Source: Lama glama (taxonomy: Eukaryota). From it: a stretch of 64,000 nucleotides of DNA. The stretch is taken from assembly GCA_028534125.1 (NCBI GenBank), contig CM052818.1, positions 31,064,001-31,128,000 of the forward strand, read 5' to 3'. The position numbers and the translations under genes are program-made. Of the stretch, positions 62,674 through 64,000 are shown one piece after another; the first letter of the stretch is position 1, and the number at the start of each line of letters is the position of its first letter. Below the pieces are notes generated by a model. It had not been told where the DNA came from. It did no database searches and saw only the letters and a program-made list of their open reading frames with translations.

Positions 62674-62714
62674 CATTCCAACAGCCTATAGTTGCAGAAT
62701 GTTGGTCTCAATTC

Positions 62715-62825
62715 AGACAGGAGTCAGACCCAGGCTTCTTATGAACCTTTCCAGGGCTCCCCTATAAAACGAAGGGGTAGAACAGGTTATCTTAAGACTG
62801 CCTTCTAGCTCTAAAATCCTCTAGG
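62715..62825 (+). mobile_element. MIR3/MIRc-like fragment
   Basis: 'ctataaaacgaaggggtagaacaggttatcttaagactgccttctagctctaaaatcctct'. Confidence 0.55.
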
Positions 62826-63289
62826 CTTAGAATATCTCTTCCCCTTCATCAAAACTTTTCCATTTGATGTTCAGTCCCTGTGTGCCTGGCTCTCTACTAA
62901 GGACTCTCTCAGTAACAGGTTAAGTCACTTGAAAACAACTTGAAACCAGTGAAATGACACTTGTCTGCAGAACTACAAATGTCCTTGGTGACAAAATTAT
63001 CCTGTGTGGGCTGGGAAACCCACCCCACACAGCAGGCATTCTGAAGCTGACAATGAGGGCTCCCCCAAAGCACTCAGCACCCAGACTCCAAGCACTTACT
63101 AGCACAGGTTTCTGCTTTGCTAGCATCTCTTCACACAGACATTTGAGTCTGAGTTAGATGGACATCCAGCTTTGCATGCCCCCTACAGGCCCATCACCCG
63201 TGGGAGAAGCCAGTGGGAAACACTGGCATGTGTGTTCCCCGTGGGAGGAGTGCATTTTCCACTTTTTTTCCTTTTCTTTCCCCAACCCC

Positions 63290-63660
63290 TGCTCACTGTG
63301 GAAAAACTTAAAACTGTAGAAACATGTAAAGAAGGCATGAAAACAATCAACCACAGTCTTACCATTCAGAGGCAGTTACTGTGCCAGCTTGTGATTTTTA
63401 CTTCCGGAATTTTCCTGAACCATTGTATAGCATAGTTGAAATCATATTGAGTATATTATTTTGAGCCCCACTTTTTTTTTTCATTTGATAGTCTCACAGA
63501 ATTTTGCTAAGGCTGGTTTAATCAGCCTCATAACAAATATCATTTGGGCGAGTGTAACCCCATTGATGAAGCAGAAATCCAGTTTGAGTCAATTCTTTGG
63601 CTCCACGGGTGGTTGTTCTCCACATTGACTCTGGGGTTTCTTCAGGCCCAAGAGGATCGA
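63290..63660 (-). mobile_element. L1ME-type 3' fragment
   Basis: 'cacagtcttaccattcagaggcagttactgt...atagttgaaatcatattgagtatattattttg'. Confidence 0.55.
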
Positions 63661-64000
63661 GGAGGTGTCTTATTTACCATTATCACACTCTCTCCAAATT
63701 ATAATCCCCCTCTTGCCAGGTCACCAATGAAAGGAAAATTGGTCAAGGCACTTCTTGGCACTCCAGTGAGAAAAGGAGGAATCTGAGAATCAACGAAGTC
63801 CAGGGCTAAATGTGGGGCAGCACCCAGAGACATTACCACTGAGGGGTCAGAGTGTCCTGAGTGTCCTGAGGGGTCAGAGAAGGTAGAGAGAGAGCCCAGG
63901 TGGGCACGGCTCAGCTCACGCATACTCCATCGCTGCAGATACTTGCTTGCCCACTGCATTAAATCCTCAGAGACTCCACAAGGTACTCATTCATCAGCCC

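Noticed and set aside
1..64000. Most ORFs in the six-frame track
   Set aside because: They are short, often start at non-ATG codons, overlap repeats and have no recognisable homology. ORFs 2537-2749 and 3847-4074 overlap the real GALNT14 exons in the wrong frame.
45000..64000. CAPN13 coding exons
   Set aside because: Expected downstream by synteny, but I recognised no calpain motifs in this window.

Overview
Mammalian genomic DNA, most likely a camelid (camel/alpaca/llama), judged from a tRNA-Ala-derived Vic-1-type SINE at ~31.9 kb and cetartiodactyl-type L1 3' ends. The only supported protein-coding sequence is the last two coding exons of GALNT14 on the + strand (2626-2745 and 3945-4103, ricin-B lectin domain C-terminus). 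Their correct reading frames are absent from the ORF track. A 3' UTR follows, with AATAAA at 4470-4475. The remaining ~59 kb is non-coding and, by human synteny recalled from memory, lies toward CAPN13, whose coding exons are not seen. It is dense in old interspersed repeats (MIR, L2, L1M*, MLT1, LTR40, MER3/MER5, Tigger1), with repeat-free blocks that look like enhancers and one strong CTCF motif. I found no new gene system, CRISPR array or RNA gene. The most unusual observations are: a 65-bp templated insertion with fold-back scars inside an L1, copied from 2.4 kb away; two copies of an apparently chimeric L1 3' end; an unexplained ~170-bp insert inside an MLT1 LTR; and an L1 strand switch at ~42-45 kb. 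Repeat family names and boundaries were recognised by eye and are approximate.
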